The notes beneath the pieces are model-generated. The model saw only the letters and a program-made list of their open reading frames with translations, had not been told where the DNA came from and did no database searches. Of a stretch of DNA of 64,000 nucleotides, positions 38,194 through 47,682 are shown piece by piece. A program made the translations under genes and the position numbers. The DNA is from an uncultured bacterium (GTDB taxonomy: Bacteria > Patescibacteriota > Minisyncoccia > Phycocordibacterales > UBA9973), in NCBI GenBank assembly GCA_903894565.1, contig CAITQP010000005.1:28971-92970 (forward strand), read 5' to 3'. How positions within the stretch are numbered: the stretch's first letter is position 1; every line of letters begins with the position of its first letter.

Positions 38194-39432
38194 ATGCACA
38201 CAGTGAAAGAACAAGCCGAAAAGGCAAAACAGGCATCTCATATTTTGCGCAAAGCTTCGAGCACCGCAAAAAACGAGTTTCTTCGAGTGCTCGCCACAGA
38301 GCTCGAACAGAAGCTTCCACTCATTCTTTCCGAAAACCAAATTGATCTCGACGAGAATCCAACCATCACAAGCGCTATGCGAAAGCGTTTGCTTTTGAGT
38401 GAGCAAGGACTTACCAGTATCATTGCTGGTGTTCGCGAGATGCTCGACTTTCCAGATCCTGTTGGATCAATCGTCAAAGATACTGTTCGCCCTGATGGGC
38501 TCCGTATCAAAAAGGTCCGCGCTCCGATCGGCGTCATTGCCTGTATTTTTGAGTCACGTCCAAACGTCATCATCGATGTCGCTATTTTGTGTGTCAAAAG
38601 TGGCAACGCCGTCATCGTTCGTGGTGGAAAGGAGGCAGCACACTCAAATACGATTTTGCTCTCATGTATCGAAACTGCACTTAAGGCCTCAGGTCTCCCA
38701 ACAGAATCTGTACAGCAACTCGAGGATCGTCGTCACGAAGCAGTCTATGAACTCGTCGCCATGGAAGAATATCTCGACCTCGTCATTCCGCGTGGACGCA
38801 AAGAGCTCATTGATGCAGTGTCGGCACACTCACGTGTGCCTGTCATGAAGCACTCTCGCGGACTCTGTCACTGTTATATCGATGTTGACGCAAATCCCGA
38901 GAAAGCAGTCGCGATTGCGGTGAACGCAAAGACTTCAAACCCAGCAACCTGTAACTCAATTGAAACGATTCTTGTGCACAAAGATATTGCGGACAGTGTT
39001 ATGCCCGAATTACTCAAACAATTGTTCGCTAAGAATGTTGAAGTGCGTGGTGATGAAAAAACTCGCGCATACTCACCTTTGTGTAAGGTTGCGACCGAAG
39101 ATGATTGGGCGGAAGAATATCTCGATCTCGTGGTCTCAATCAAAATCGTGGATTCATACGCCGATGCAATTCATCATATTGATACATACAGTTCACATCT
39201 TACAGACTCAATCGTGACTGAAAACAAAACAACAGCACAAACATTTGAGCTCGATATTGATAGTGCCTCAGTGCTCGTGAATGCTTCAAATCGATTGACC
39301 GACGGAGGAGTGTTCGGTCTCGGTGGCGAAATTGGTATCAGTACGTGTCGTATTCACATGCGCGGACCAATGGGGCTCGAAGACCTTACGGTAACGAAAT
39401 ATATCGTCGAGGGCGACGGTCATATTCGTTAA
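38194..39432 (+). CDS. proA: Gamma-glutamyl phosphate reductase
   Basis: Aldehyde-dehydrogenase-like ProA pattern. Start at MHTVKEQ. Confidence 0.85.
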   Translation: MHTVKEQAEKAKQASHILRKASSTAKNEFLRVLATELEQKLPLILSENQIDLDENPTITSAMRKRLLLSEQGLTSIIAGVREMLDFPDPVGSIVKDTVRPDGLRIKKVRAPIGVIACIFESRPNVIIDVAILCVKSGNAVIVRGGKEAAHSNTILLSCIETALKASGLPTESVQQLEDRRHEAVYELVAMEEYLDLVIPRGRKELIDAVSAHSRVPVMKHSRGLCHCYIDVDANPEKAVAIAVNAKTSNPATCNSIETILVHKDIADSVMPELLKQLFAKNVEVRGDEKTRAYSPLCKVATEDDWAEEYLDLVVSIKIVDSYADAIHHIDTYSSHLTDSIVTENKTTAQTFELDIDSASVLVNASNRLTDGGVFGLGGEIGISTCRIHMRGPMGLEDLTVTKYIVEGDGHIR

Positions 39433-39436
39433 TCCT

Positions 39437-40513
39437 ATGAACAAAGACCTCTACATCATTAAAATTGGAACGAATGCGTTGGTGAATACTGACGGCACGA
39501 TTATTGATTCGAGTGTTACTGAAATTTTGCAATCTGCAAAAGAAGCGATGAGTCGGGGAGTCAATGTGCTTGTCGTTACAAGTGGGGCAGCTCGTCTCGG
39601 AAGACTTGCTCTCAATGATCTTGCTACTCCCAAAAAAATTGCAACTTGTGTCGGTCAGCCGATTTTATTCAGCGCTTGGCAGGAACGCGCAAAAAAAGAA
39701 AATATTATACTCGCTGAATTTTTAATTTCACGTTCTTCAATCATCCGCAAAGAACTATTCATGTTGCTTCGCGATACATTCAATTGTTTGTTTGAGCGTG
39801 GCATTATTCCTGTCGTGAACGAAAACGATGTGATGGTCAACGGCACGAACCTTTCGTTTGGAGAGGGAGGCAACGACAGCCTCGCCCAAGTCCTTGCTGT
39901 CGCACTGAAAGCGACCAAGCTCATAATCGTCTCAGATATTGAAGGGCTGTGTGATAGTGATCCACGAGAGAATCCAAATGCAAAGGTGATCGCCGAGGTT
40001 GATGACATTACGGAGAAATTCATTAGTCTTTGTTCAAAGAGTAAATCGTCACACAGTACTGGAGGAATGCTTTCGAAGCTTAAATCAATTCGTATTTGTA
40101 CAGCAGTAGGTATTGAGTCATACATTGTGAGTGGCTTAAAATATGGAAATCTAACAAAGGTTGTTCGTGGAGAACAAGCTGGAACAAAGTTTCTTCCTCG
40201 GCCACTCGGTAAAAAAGTTACCGAACGTGAACGATGGATATTGGCTGCAAAAAGTTCGACAGGTTCACTTGTTATCGACAAAGGGGCAGTCGAGGCTGTT
40301 CAAAATGGGGCGAGCCTGCTCGCTGTTGGTGTGAAGAAAGTCTACGGATATTTTAATGAAAAAGAGGTGATCGAGATCGTAGACCAAAAAAATCAAGGCA
40401 TCGCTTTTGGTATTGTTGATATGTCGTGTGTCGATATCGACACCATGCTTCGCACGAAAGACATGCACCAAAAATTACTCGTGCATGCGAACAATTTATT
40501 TTTGTTAAAATAA
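39437..40513 (+). CDS. proB: Glutamate 5-kinase (with PUA domain)
   Basis: Amino-acid kinase fold (IIKIGTNAL..., VVTSGA) and a C-terminal PUA domain. Confidence 0.85.
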   Translation: MNKDLYIIKIGTNALVNTDGTIIDSSVTEILQSAKEAMSRGVNVLVVTSGAARLGRLALNDLATPKKIATCVGQPILFSAWQERAKKENIILAEFLISRSSIIRKELFMLLRDTFNCLFERGIIPVVNENDVMVNGTNLSFGEGGNDSLAQVLAVALKATKLIIVSDIEGLCDSDPRENPNAKVIAEVDDITEKFISLCSKSKSSHSTGGMLSKLKSIRICTAVGIESYIVSGLKYGNLTKVVRGEQAGTKFLPRPLGKKVTERERWILAAKSSTGSLVIDKGAVEAVQNGASLLAVGVKKVYGYFNEKEVIEIVDQKNQGIAFGIVDMSCVDIDTMLRTKDMHQKLLVHANNLFLLK

Positions 40514-40522
40514 AATTCCAAT

Positions 40523-41332
40523 ATGAAAAACCCACAACATATTTGTATTATCGGTGCTGGAGCAATGGGCGGAGCTATCGCGGGGGCTCTTGCTATCGGT
40601 GCAGTGAAGAATGATTGGAAGATTACGGTGATCGCTCGACATATGGAAAAGCTCGAGCAGCTAAAACGTGCTCATCGCTTGATTGGCATTTCAACTCAGT
40701 ACGATTCACTTACACATGCAGATATTGTGATTATTGCGGTTAAGCCGCAGTCATTTGATGAGTTGGCAAGTGAGATATCTTCAGCCTTGAATAAGAATGC
40801 GTTACTTGTCTCAGTAATGGCTGGCCGTTCGATCGGCAGTATAGCCAAAGTTTTTTCAAACAAGCGTATTGTTCGTGCTATGCCAAACCTCGGTGCACAA
40901 TTCTTTGAGTCAATGACTATCTGGACGGGAAGTGGTTTAACAAAGAAAGATACGACATTTACAAAAAAAGTTTTGTCGTCTATCGGTGAAGAATTGTGTG
41001 TCACAAATGAAGACCTTGTCGACAAAGCAACCGCAGTGTCAGCGAGTGGCGTTGGATTTTTGGCATACATGACTGAGGCCTATATCGAGGAGACTGAAGC
41101 ACTTGGATTTTCTCGCGAAGATGCGGAACGTGTTGTGCTCCAAACACTCAAGGCGACAAATACTATTTTACAAAAGAAAGAAAAAACGCCTGAGCAACTT
41201 CGTGTCGCGGTAACCTCGAAGGCAGGAACGACGGAAGCTGGACTTTCGGTTTTGATGGGTAAGTCACTTCGCTCGATTTTCGAGAGGACATTCAAAAAAG
41301 CATACCAGCGTGCAAAAGCGCTTGCACGATAA
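40523..41332 (+). CDS. proC: Pyrroline-5-carboxylate reductase
   Basis: Rossmann motif IGAGAMGGAI and the P5CR C-terminal dimerisation domain. Confidence 0.85.
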   Translation: MKNPQHICIIGAGAMGGAIAGALAIGAVKNDWKITVIARHMEKLEQLKRAHRLIGISTQYDSLTHADIVIIAVKPQSFDELASEISSALNKNALLVSVMAGRSIGSIAKVFSNKRIVRAMPNLGAQFFESMTIWTGSGLTKKDTTFTKKVLSSIGEELCVTNEDLVDKATAVSASGVGFLAYMTEAYIEETEALGFSREDAERVVLQTLKATNTILQKKEKTPEQLRVAVTSKAGTTEAGLSVLMGKSLRSIFERTFKKAYQRAKALAR

Positions 41333-41408
41333 AATGAGTACCGTATAATAGAAGGGAAACATGCCCAATCGGGTAATTTATTAGTAACGTTTCGAAAAAA
41401 TAAATTAT

Positions 41409-41663
41409 ATGATGAAAAAATGTATGTGTATGCCTGCGAAGGTCGGTGGTCTCCTTGTTTTCGTCGGAGGTTTGAACTGGGGTCTTGTTGGTCTCGGTAT
41501 GTTCTTCGGTGGTAATTGGAACCTCGTCACTTTGCTCCTTGGCTCATGGCCAAAGCTTGAGGCTCTCGTCTACGTTCTCGTAGGTGTTGCCGCTGTTATG
41601 ATGCTCTTCGGATGCAAGTGTGCAAAATGCAAGGCTTGTATGACTGGTGCTGCACAGCAGTAA
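41409..41663 (+). CDS. DUF378-like small membrane protein (GLNWGLVG motif) with a Cys-rich C-terminus
   Basis: LVFVGGLNWGLVGLGMFFGGNWNLVTLLLG... then CKCAKCKAC. Confidence 0.55.
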   Translation: MMKKCMCMPAKVGGLLVFVGGLNWGLVGLGMFFGGNWNLVTLLLGSWPKLEALVYVLVGVAAVMMLFGCKCAKCKACMTGAAQQ

Positions 41664-41680
41664 TTGACGGTTTTGCTTAG

Positions 41681-41719
41681 AAAAAGGCCGGTTTTCGCTC
41701 CGCGAAAACCGGCCTTTTT
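41681..41719 (+). terminator. Intrinsic terminator
   Basis: AAAAAGGCCGGTTTTCGC-TCC-GCGAAAACCGGCCTTTTT. Confidence 0.65.
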
Positions 41720-41742
41720 CAATGGATTTCGGAGCAATTTTG

Positions 41743-41751
41743 TGCTATAAT
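41743..41751 (+). promoter_or_regulatory. Extended -10 promoter TGCTATAAT for the GT2 gene
   Basis: TGnTATAAT, 14 nt upstream of ATG 41766. Confidence 0.4.
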
Positions 41752-41765
41752 ACAAAAATACCCTT

Positions 41766-43013
41766 ATGGAGCAAGTGTTTAGCTTTATATTCTATATTTT
41801 CACCTTTCTCGCCGTTTACGTCGAGGTTTTTTTTCTTGTCACATACCTTGAGCGCCGCAAAGACATCGTTGTTCGACTCGATGATAAGCCCAATCGTGTT
41901 TACCCAAGCGTAACGGTTATTGTTCCGTGCTGGAACGAACAGACAACTGTTCAAGGTACAGTTGAATCATTGCTCGCGCTTGATTACCCAAAAGACAAAA
42001 TCAAAATAATGCTTGTTGATGACGGCTCTACCGATAATACATGGAATGTATTACAACAATTTGCGCATACTCCTAATATCGAAGTGATCCACAAGGAGAA
42101 TGGTGGCAAACATACAGCAATGAATCTTGGTATCGAAAAAGCAACAACAGAAATGATTGGTTGTTTGGATGCTGACTCATATGTAACACCATCCGCTTTG
42201 AAGCGAATGATTCCATATTTTGATGAGCCAGGTGTGATGGCGGTTTCTCCTTCGATTATTGTCAAAGATCCAAAACGACCGATTGAGTGGGCACAAAAAA
42301 TCGAATACCAGCTCTCCGTATATATTAAAAAAATGCTTGGGTTGATGAATGGTATTCACGTAACCCCTGGGCCATTCTCTATCTATCGTATCGAAGTATT
42401 CCAGCAACTTGGCCCGTACCGCGAAGCTCACAAAACTGAAGATATGGAGATTGCGTATCGTATGCATGAGGCTGGTATGCGTATCGAGCAGTGTCATGAT
42501 GCACAAGTCTTTACCAAGACTCCGCCAACTGCTGTAGCGCTGTACAAACAACGCAAGCGTTGGATTTATGGTTTTATCAATAACACTATTGATTATCGCC
42601 GTTTGATATTTAAAGAAAAGTACGGCGCGTTCGCGCTCTTCACGATTCCAGCAGGAGTTGTTTCGATTTTTTCCGCAATATATCTGTTCATTTTTATGAT
42701 CTATACGTTTGTAAAATTTATTACAAATAAATTTGTTCAATTTCAAGCCGTTGGCGTTCATGTGAGTACCGTTGTTCAACCACAGCAATTTAGCTGGTTT
42801 TATGTAAGTACTCAAGCTGTATTTCTCATCACAGTCCTTTTGTATGGATTCGTATTTACTTCGCTTATGATTGGTGCAAGGATGTCGACGGGGAAGTGGA
42901 AGCCGTCATTCGCCATGGTGTGGTATATCGCAATCTATAGTATTATTGCACCACTGTGGATTATGCGGGCTGTGATTAATACCGTGTTCAGACGTGAGAC
43001 GGCGTGGAGATAA
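41766..43013 (+). CDS. Processive family-2 glycosyltransferase (polysaccharide synthase; PgaC/cellulose/chitin-synthase-like)
   Basis: N-terminal TM, GT-A core with DDGSTD, DAD, and Q(R)xRW motif (KQRKRW), then 3-4 C-terminal TM helices. Confidence 0.8.
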   Translation: MEQVFSFIFYIFTFLAVYVEVFFLVTYLERRKDIVVRLDDKPNRVYPSVTVIVPCWNEQTTVQGTVESLLALDYPKDKIKIMLVDDGSTDNTWNVLQQFAHTPNIEVIHKENGGKHTAMNLGIEKATTEMIGCLDADSYVTPSALKRMIPYFDEPGVMAVSPSIIVKDPKRPIEWAQKIEYQLSVYIKKMLGLMNGIHVTPGPFSIYRIEVFQQLGPYREAHKTEDMEIAYRMHEAGMRIEQCHDAQVFTKTPPTAVALYKQRKRWIYGFINNTIDYRRLIFKEKYGAFALFTIPAGVVSIFSAIYLFIFMIYTFVKFITNKFVQFQAVGVHVSTVVQPQQFSWFYVSTQAVFLITVLLYGFVFTSLMIGARMSTGKWKPSFAMVWYIAIYSIIAPLWIMRAVINTVFRRETAWR

Positions 43014-43032
43014 CAGAATTAATTTTATATAT

Positions 43033-43716
43033 ATGAATCAAAACAATACAACAAATGTAGAACATGATACTGGCTGGTCAAAATACCTCGTTGTTTTTCT
43101 TATTACCCTTGGTATTTTTGTAACTATTTTTTATGTAAGTGATGTATTAACCAAGCGAAAACTCGCTGAGCTTAATACTATTCAGAATAATATTTCTGTA
43201 GACCTTCTTTCAGCAGAAACTCAGTATTCGCTCCTTGGTGAATTAGATTGTTCTCAGGTAACAAGTACGGTACTTTCTGACCAATTGAATGATCTTTCAA
43301 AAAAGATTGAGTATCTTGAGAATTCGAGTGGTAAATCTGACGAACTTACACAGCTTGAAAAACAATATTCATTGCTTGAAATTAAAGACTACCTTCTCAT
43401 GAAAGAGATCACGAATCGTTGTGGTCAGAAATCAGTTTTTATCTTGTATTTCTATACAACAAGTGACAACTGTAGTGAGTGTGTGAAGCAAGGCTATGTA
43501 CTTACCGATCTTCGACAAAAATATCCAGCGCTCCGCGTGTACTCATTCGACTATGGATTGAACCTCTCTGCAGTTGAGACACTCATCAAGATTTATGATA
43601 TTAAGGACACCGAACTTCCAGCGCTTGTGTCTGATAGGCAGGTGTATACGGGATTCCATAGTGTTGCAGATATCGAAAAACTGATTCCGAAGCTGAAGGC
43701 GACGTTGCCGAAATAG
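43033..43716 (+). CDS. Membrane-anchored thioredoxin-like protein with CxxC (CSEC) motif
   Basis: TM anchor (YLVVFLITLGIFVTIFYV), then ...VFILYFYTTSDNCSECVKQGYVL... resembling a TlpA/ResA-like fold. Start at ATG 43033. Stop TAG. Confidence 0.5.
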   Translation: MNQNNTTNVEHDTGWSKYLVVFLITLGIFVTIFYVSDVLTKRKLAELNTIQNNISVDLLSAETQYSLLGELDCSQVTSTVLSDQLNDLSKKIEYLENSSGKSDELTQLEKQYSLLEIKDYLLMKEITNRCGQKSVFILYFYTTSDNCSECVKQGYVLTDLRQKYPALRVYSFDYGLNLSAVETLIKIYDIKDTELPALVSDRQVYTGFHSVADIEKLIPKLKATLPK

Positions 43717-43831
43717 GGAACTAATGCACAGATTTGTACCTTAATATACTTTCTATTTGCTATAATAGAAGGGTCAGATGTCCTAGGGGGCTTCTATTGA
43801 CTTTTTAGTATAATTAAGGTATAATATAAGT

Positions 43832-44122
43832 ATGAATAATATCGAACAGTTCGTAGACGAGCTCGTTTCGGCAAAAGGGTTCGATGAAAAAGATCCTGAA
43901 GTCCTCGCAGAAATAAAACGCGGGGTAATGAGTCGTTTAGAAGATAGAATCAATGCAATGGTGCTCGCCAATTTGCCAGAAGATTCTCTTGATGATTTCA
44001 ATAAAGTTCTCGATGCTGATAATGAGGAGCAGATGATTTCATTCGTCAAAAAATACGTTCCTGATCTCGATGAAAAGGTCGCAGGCGAAATGCTTGCTTT
44101 TAGAAGTGCTTACCTAGGATAA
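43832..44122 (+). CDS. Small acidic hypothetical protein (96 aa)
   Basis: ORF with a ribosome-binding-like context; no motif recognised. Confidence 0.4.
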   Translation: MNNIEQFVDELVSAKGFDEKDPEVLAEIKRGVMSRLEDRINAMVLANLPEDSLDDFNKVLDADNEEQMISFVKKYVPDLDEKVAGEMLAFRSAYLG

Positions 44123-44127
44123 TTTTT

Positions 44128-47100
44128 ATGTCAAATAAAGCACCCGCACCCGCACCCGCACCCGCACCTACACCTGCAAACGAAAAACAGGTTTTTAAGG
44201 CTGCTATCGTAAACACCACGAAGATGGTGGAAGCGCATATTACTGATGTTGCGGACGCTCGCATGACGGCCTCAAAAGAGGACCGAAACAAGAATTGGTT
44301 TAAACGAAAGATTGATAAAATTTGGAAGCATGATCTCATGCAGGAATTTTATCGTCAACGTGAAATATCAAAAGTTCGAAAGGAAATTGCGGATACGGGC
44401 AATTTTTATGCTGGAGACAAAGAGATCATTGATTCAAACGAAGCCAAGGAAGCGATGCTTGCAATTACAGATCGTTTTACCGACGAGCTTCGTGACGAAA
44501 TGTTGACAAAGGAAGAGAAAGATTCGATTGATGAGAATTCGCGTTCCAGCCAGGAAATGAATGATCTCGTACGCAAATATGCTGATACAACGCATGTAAT
44601 GTCAGATCAGGCATTTGAGGAAGAAAAGAAGCGTATAATCGCAAATCTTGACCCAACGTACAAAGACAAACGTGAGGTATATGCCGACAATATACTTGAG
44701 ATAGCAAAAAACGTTCGCCAAGCGGTTGCCAACGGTCAGAAGCTTGAAGAGCTCGACTTTGACGTTGATATTACACTCGGAAGTACCCGTGGACGCATGC
44801 AAACAGCAGCGCACCACAATGCCTTTGATAAGGGTGTTGAAAAACTACAGAATTCAAAACTCGGGAAGTTCCTTGTGAATACTCCAGGTGCTATCGCGCT
44901 CTCAGCAGCAGTTTATTCAGTGGGCAAATATGCATTTACAAAAGTTGCACGTACTGATGCAGCAAAAATTGCGAGTTTTGGTGGTACGGCAGTGATCTCA
45001 GGAACTGTTGCGGCTACAAAAGAAGCTGCACGTTTGAACCGCGAGCGTGCTCAGCATCATCGCGAAAAAGCCAAAGGAGTTACATTTGAGGGTGACGACA
45101 TGAAGCGTCGTAACTCAATGAATACTACTTCATACGAAACACAAAAAGCTACGGAAGTCACCACACTGCTTGCGGGTGATCTCGCGAAGGTTGAAGCTGG
45201 CAATATGCAGCCTGCTGACCTTGATATGATTATCGCGCACATCGCAAATCTTCGCGCTCGAAAGTCGCTTGGAGAAGATCGTCATATTGACCTTGTTACT
45301 TACTCTAGTTTAAAGATGATGGAGAAAGAGGGTAAAGAGCTCGACAAAACCGAGGCTAAATTGGTTGTGGCTCTTCGTAAAGGAGTCGAATCTGGAAAGA
45401 TAGTTTTCGACAAAGAGACAGATGATTTTGATACATATCTGAGTCAGCAAATATATACGCAAGAACGTGCGTTGCTTGGTGGTGAATCTGGTATCGAAAA
45501 AAAGGATCAAGCGTTTACTAAAATGAAAGCGAAGCGCACTGCTTGGGCTTTTGTGAAGTCAGCAACACTTGGTGCCGGTATCGGGGCTGTATTCCAAGAA
45601 GCGCATGCCCTCCTTTCTGACGATCTCGACGGAGTACTTGAGGGTATGAGTAAACACTTACATCAGGGCACGACAGGTGGCTTTACAGAGCACGCTACAG
45701 CGCTTGAGGCACTGCGTCGCCACTTCAACCACGAAGACGTTCCTCGACTTGCAGATACGGGTGCAGGTCACGAGTATCTTATGAATGGTGGTGCAACAAC
45801 AATGCACACTCCAGATGGAGCAACGGTTACCGTGAATCCAGATGGTACATACAATATCATGCGAGGTAATGACGTGCTTGAGAAGAATCTTCCACTAGAG
45901 TTTGATAAGACGACTGGAGATCTTCTGCCAACATCCCGTGCATTGCTTCAAAAAGATGGAATTTTTGCGAACTTCAGCCAGACGACACAGCATGGTAGTG
46001 GCCCAATGAGTGCGGAGGATTACATCAAGAGTCACAATGGTGATTTTACCAAAGTCCACCGACATACTTTCTATGACAATAATACTGCTGATAAACCAGA
46101 CTTGAACGAAAAACGCGAGTATTGGGGCGGCGAGAATGGAACCGGTGTCAATGCGAAAGGAAACTATGAATTTAGAACGGGCGTAAAGGCAGGTGGATCA
46201 TTCCATGGGAATGATGCATTCGATGTACCTGAAGCAATCAAAAAAGGCGGAATCGTAAAGATGGCATTCTCGGTCACTCGTGGGACTCAGCATGAAGTTA
46301 TCATGCTTCCAGTGTCATCTGTTGATGAACACGGTAATGCAATATTTGAAATCGACAAGGACAGTGCTCTCGGTAAGGATTTGTTCGAAGTGAACGCGGA
46401 TGGACATGCCGTTTTCAAAGGCCAATTTGCCGAACTTATTGAAGACTCAGGCAAAGCAGCTGATGGAGCAGAGAACATCAATATCATTGCAACGCACATC
46501 GGACTTGGACAAGCTGATACTATTGTTGGAGGGGTAGACAAAGTCGTGCCACATCTTAAACTGGATATTCCTGGTTCGTGGGATTATGAAATGCCAATGG
46601 TTGTTCCAATCTTGGGACGTCGTCCACTTGAATCAGGCAAGGCGCCTGCTAAAAAGAAGCGACCAAATGAGGACCCACACGGACCAGCTGATCCAAACGC
46701 ACCAACGCCACATGGACCTGACGGCGTACCGCTCAAAGCTAAGGATAAACTTCCTCCAAGTAAGTTTACAATTCGAAAATTCGTTGGAGAAAAGCCTGAG
46801 GACAAATATTCTGGTCTTACACAGGACTTAGAAGTATATGAGAAAGCTCGATTGGCTGGTGGTTCTGAATTTTCTGTAAATAGTAAGGATTTGAAATCAA
46901 CAGGCTTCAAAGAAATTTTAAGAAAGCACGCTCAAGTGACTAAAACACCAGGATCGGATGAAGAGACGTATGCCGTTACGCTTGATGCACGCGGAAAAAT
47001 TGCTGATGCATTATATAAGGCAAATCAGGCTGAGGTCAAAAGAAGTAATCTAAAAGTCCAAGCAATGGGTCACAATCCGCTTTTGGAAGATCTCGATAAG

Positions 47101-47547
47101 TATGCCCACGAGACTATGAAACCTGTGTCAAAAGAAGATTTTACAAAAAAATATCTTCCAAAGTTGATTCAAGAAGCATTCCGCGGATATGGAAATATCG
47201 AGGTGCCTGATAATGCATTTTTGTCCTCGAAGTCACGTGTTCTGCCTGCGAATGAATTCGTCGGGAACCTTGATATCAAAGTGAAGCCTTCGAAAGGAAG
47301 CAAAAAGGTTGATGCCAAGATCGACAATCTTAAATTCATAATGAAGGACGGCAAATTGGAGGTAGCGAAAGGATATACATTTACGAATCCAGATGAAACG
47401 AAGGATGTTCGCGATACTGTAAATAAGGTATTAACGGACTTCGGAAGCGTTTTCGACAAGGATCTTTCAGGCCTATTCGGTGAAAAACTTAAGAGCTTGA
47501 AGATGAATGGAGGTAACGTTGATGTTCTTACAACCAAGAAAGTATAA
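44128..47547 (+). CDS. Giant (1139 aa) membrane-associated hypothetical protein with N-terminal (Ala-Pro)n repeat and a Pro-rich linker
   Basis: MSNKAPAPAPAPAPTPA..., hydrophobic helices near residues ~250-320 and ~515-540, linker KKKRPNEDPHGPADPNAPTPHGPDGVP. No known domain recognised. Confidence 0.65.
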   Translation: MSNKAPAPAPAPAPTPANEKQVFKAAIVNTTKMVEAHITDVADARMTASKEDRNKNWFKRKIDKIWKHDLMQEFYRQREISKVRKEIADTGNFYAGDKEIIDSNEAKEAMLAITDRFTDELRDEMLTKEEKDSIDENSRSSQEMNDLVRKYADTTHVMSDQAFEEEKKRIIANLDPTYKDKREVYADNILEIAKNVRQAVANGQKLEELDFDVDITLGSTRGRMQTAAHHNAFDKGVEKLQNSKLGKFLVNTPGAIALSAAVYSVGKYAFTKVARTDAAKIASFGGTAVISGTVAATKEAARLNRERAQHHREKAKGVTFEGDDMKRRNSMNTTSYETQKATEVTTLLAGDLAKVEAGNMQPADLDMIIAHIANLRARKSLGEDRHIDLVTYSSLKMMEKEGKELDKTEAKLVVALRKGVESGKIVFDKETDDFDTYLSQQIYTQERALLGGESGIEKKDQAFTKMKAKRTAWAFVKSATLGAGIGAVFQEAHALLSDDLDGVLEGMSKHLHQGTTGGFTEHATALEALRRHFNHEDVPRLADTGAGHEYLMNGGATTMHTPDGATVTVNPDGTYNIMRGNDVLEKNLPLEFDKTTGDLLPTSRALLQKDGIFANFSQTTQHGSGPMSAEDYIKSHNGDFTKVHRHTFYDNNTADKPDLNEKREYWGGENGTGVNAKGNYEFRTGVKAGGSFHGNDAFDVPEAIKKGGIVKMAFSVTRGTQHEVIMLPVSSVDEHGNAIFEIDKDSALGKDLFEVNADGHAVFKGQFAELIEDSGKAADGAENINIIATHIGLGQADTIVGGVDKVVPHLKLDIPGSWDYEMPMVVPILGRRPLESGKAPAKKKRPNEDPHGPADPNAPTPHGPDGVPLKAKDKLPPSKFTIRKFVGEKPEDKYSGLTQDLEVYEKARLAGGSEFSVNSKDLKSTGFKEILRKHAQVTKTPGSDEETYAVTLDARGKIADALYKANQAEVKRSNLKVQAMGHNPLLEDLDKYAHETMKPVSKEDFTKKYLPKLIQEAFRGYGNIEVPDNAFLSSKSRVLPANEFVGNLDIKVKPSKGSKKVDAKIDNLKFIMKDGKLEVAKGYTFTNPDETKDVRDTVNKVLTDFGSVFDKDLSGLFGEKLKSLKMNGGNVDVLTTKKV
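44140..44163 (+). repeat. Hexanucleotide tandem repeat (GCACCC) x4 encoding the (Ala-Pro)n stretch
   Basis: gcacccgcacccgcacccgcaccc, in frame (2 codons per unit). Confidence 0.8.
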
Positions 47548-47570
47548 GGTACATAGATAGACACACAAAT

Positions 47571-47599
47571 AAAAAACCGGCACTTTGTGCCGGTTTTTT
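47571..47599. terminator. Bidirectional intrinsic terminator between the giant ORF and tRNA-Thr
   Basis: AAAAAACCGGCAC-TTTG-TGCCGGTTTTTT. Confidence 0.7.
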
Positions 47600-47609
47600 A
47601 TTTAACTTG

Positions 47610-47682
47610 AGCCGCTTCTCGGACTCGAACCGAGGACCCACGCTTTACAAAAGCGTTGCTCTACCAACTGAGCTAAAGCGGC
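47610..47682 (-). tRNA. tRNA-Thr (anticodon UGU), 73 nt, no encoded CCA
   Basis: Reverse complement GCCGCTTTAGCTCAGTTGGTAGAGCAACGCTTTTGTAAAGCGTGGGTCCTCGGTTCGAGTCCGAGAAGCGGCT. 7-bp acceptor stem, D stem GCTC/GAGC, anticodon stem ACGCT/AGCGT with loop TTTGTAA, T arm CTCGG-TTCGAGT-CCGAG. Confidence 0.85.

Noticed and set aside
44140-44175. Possible CRISPR-like or other non-coding repeat array (GCACCC repeats)
   Set aside because: The units are 6 nt, contiguous, in-frame and inside a long ORF. It is a coding (Ala-Pro)n microsatellite, not a CRISPR array. No CRISPR arrays or cas genes were seen anywhere in the window.
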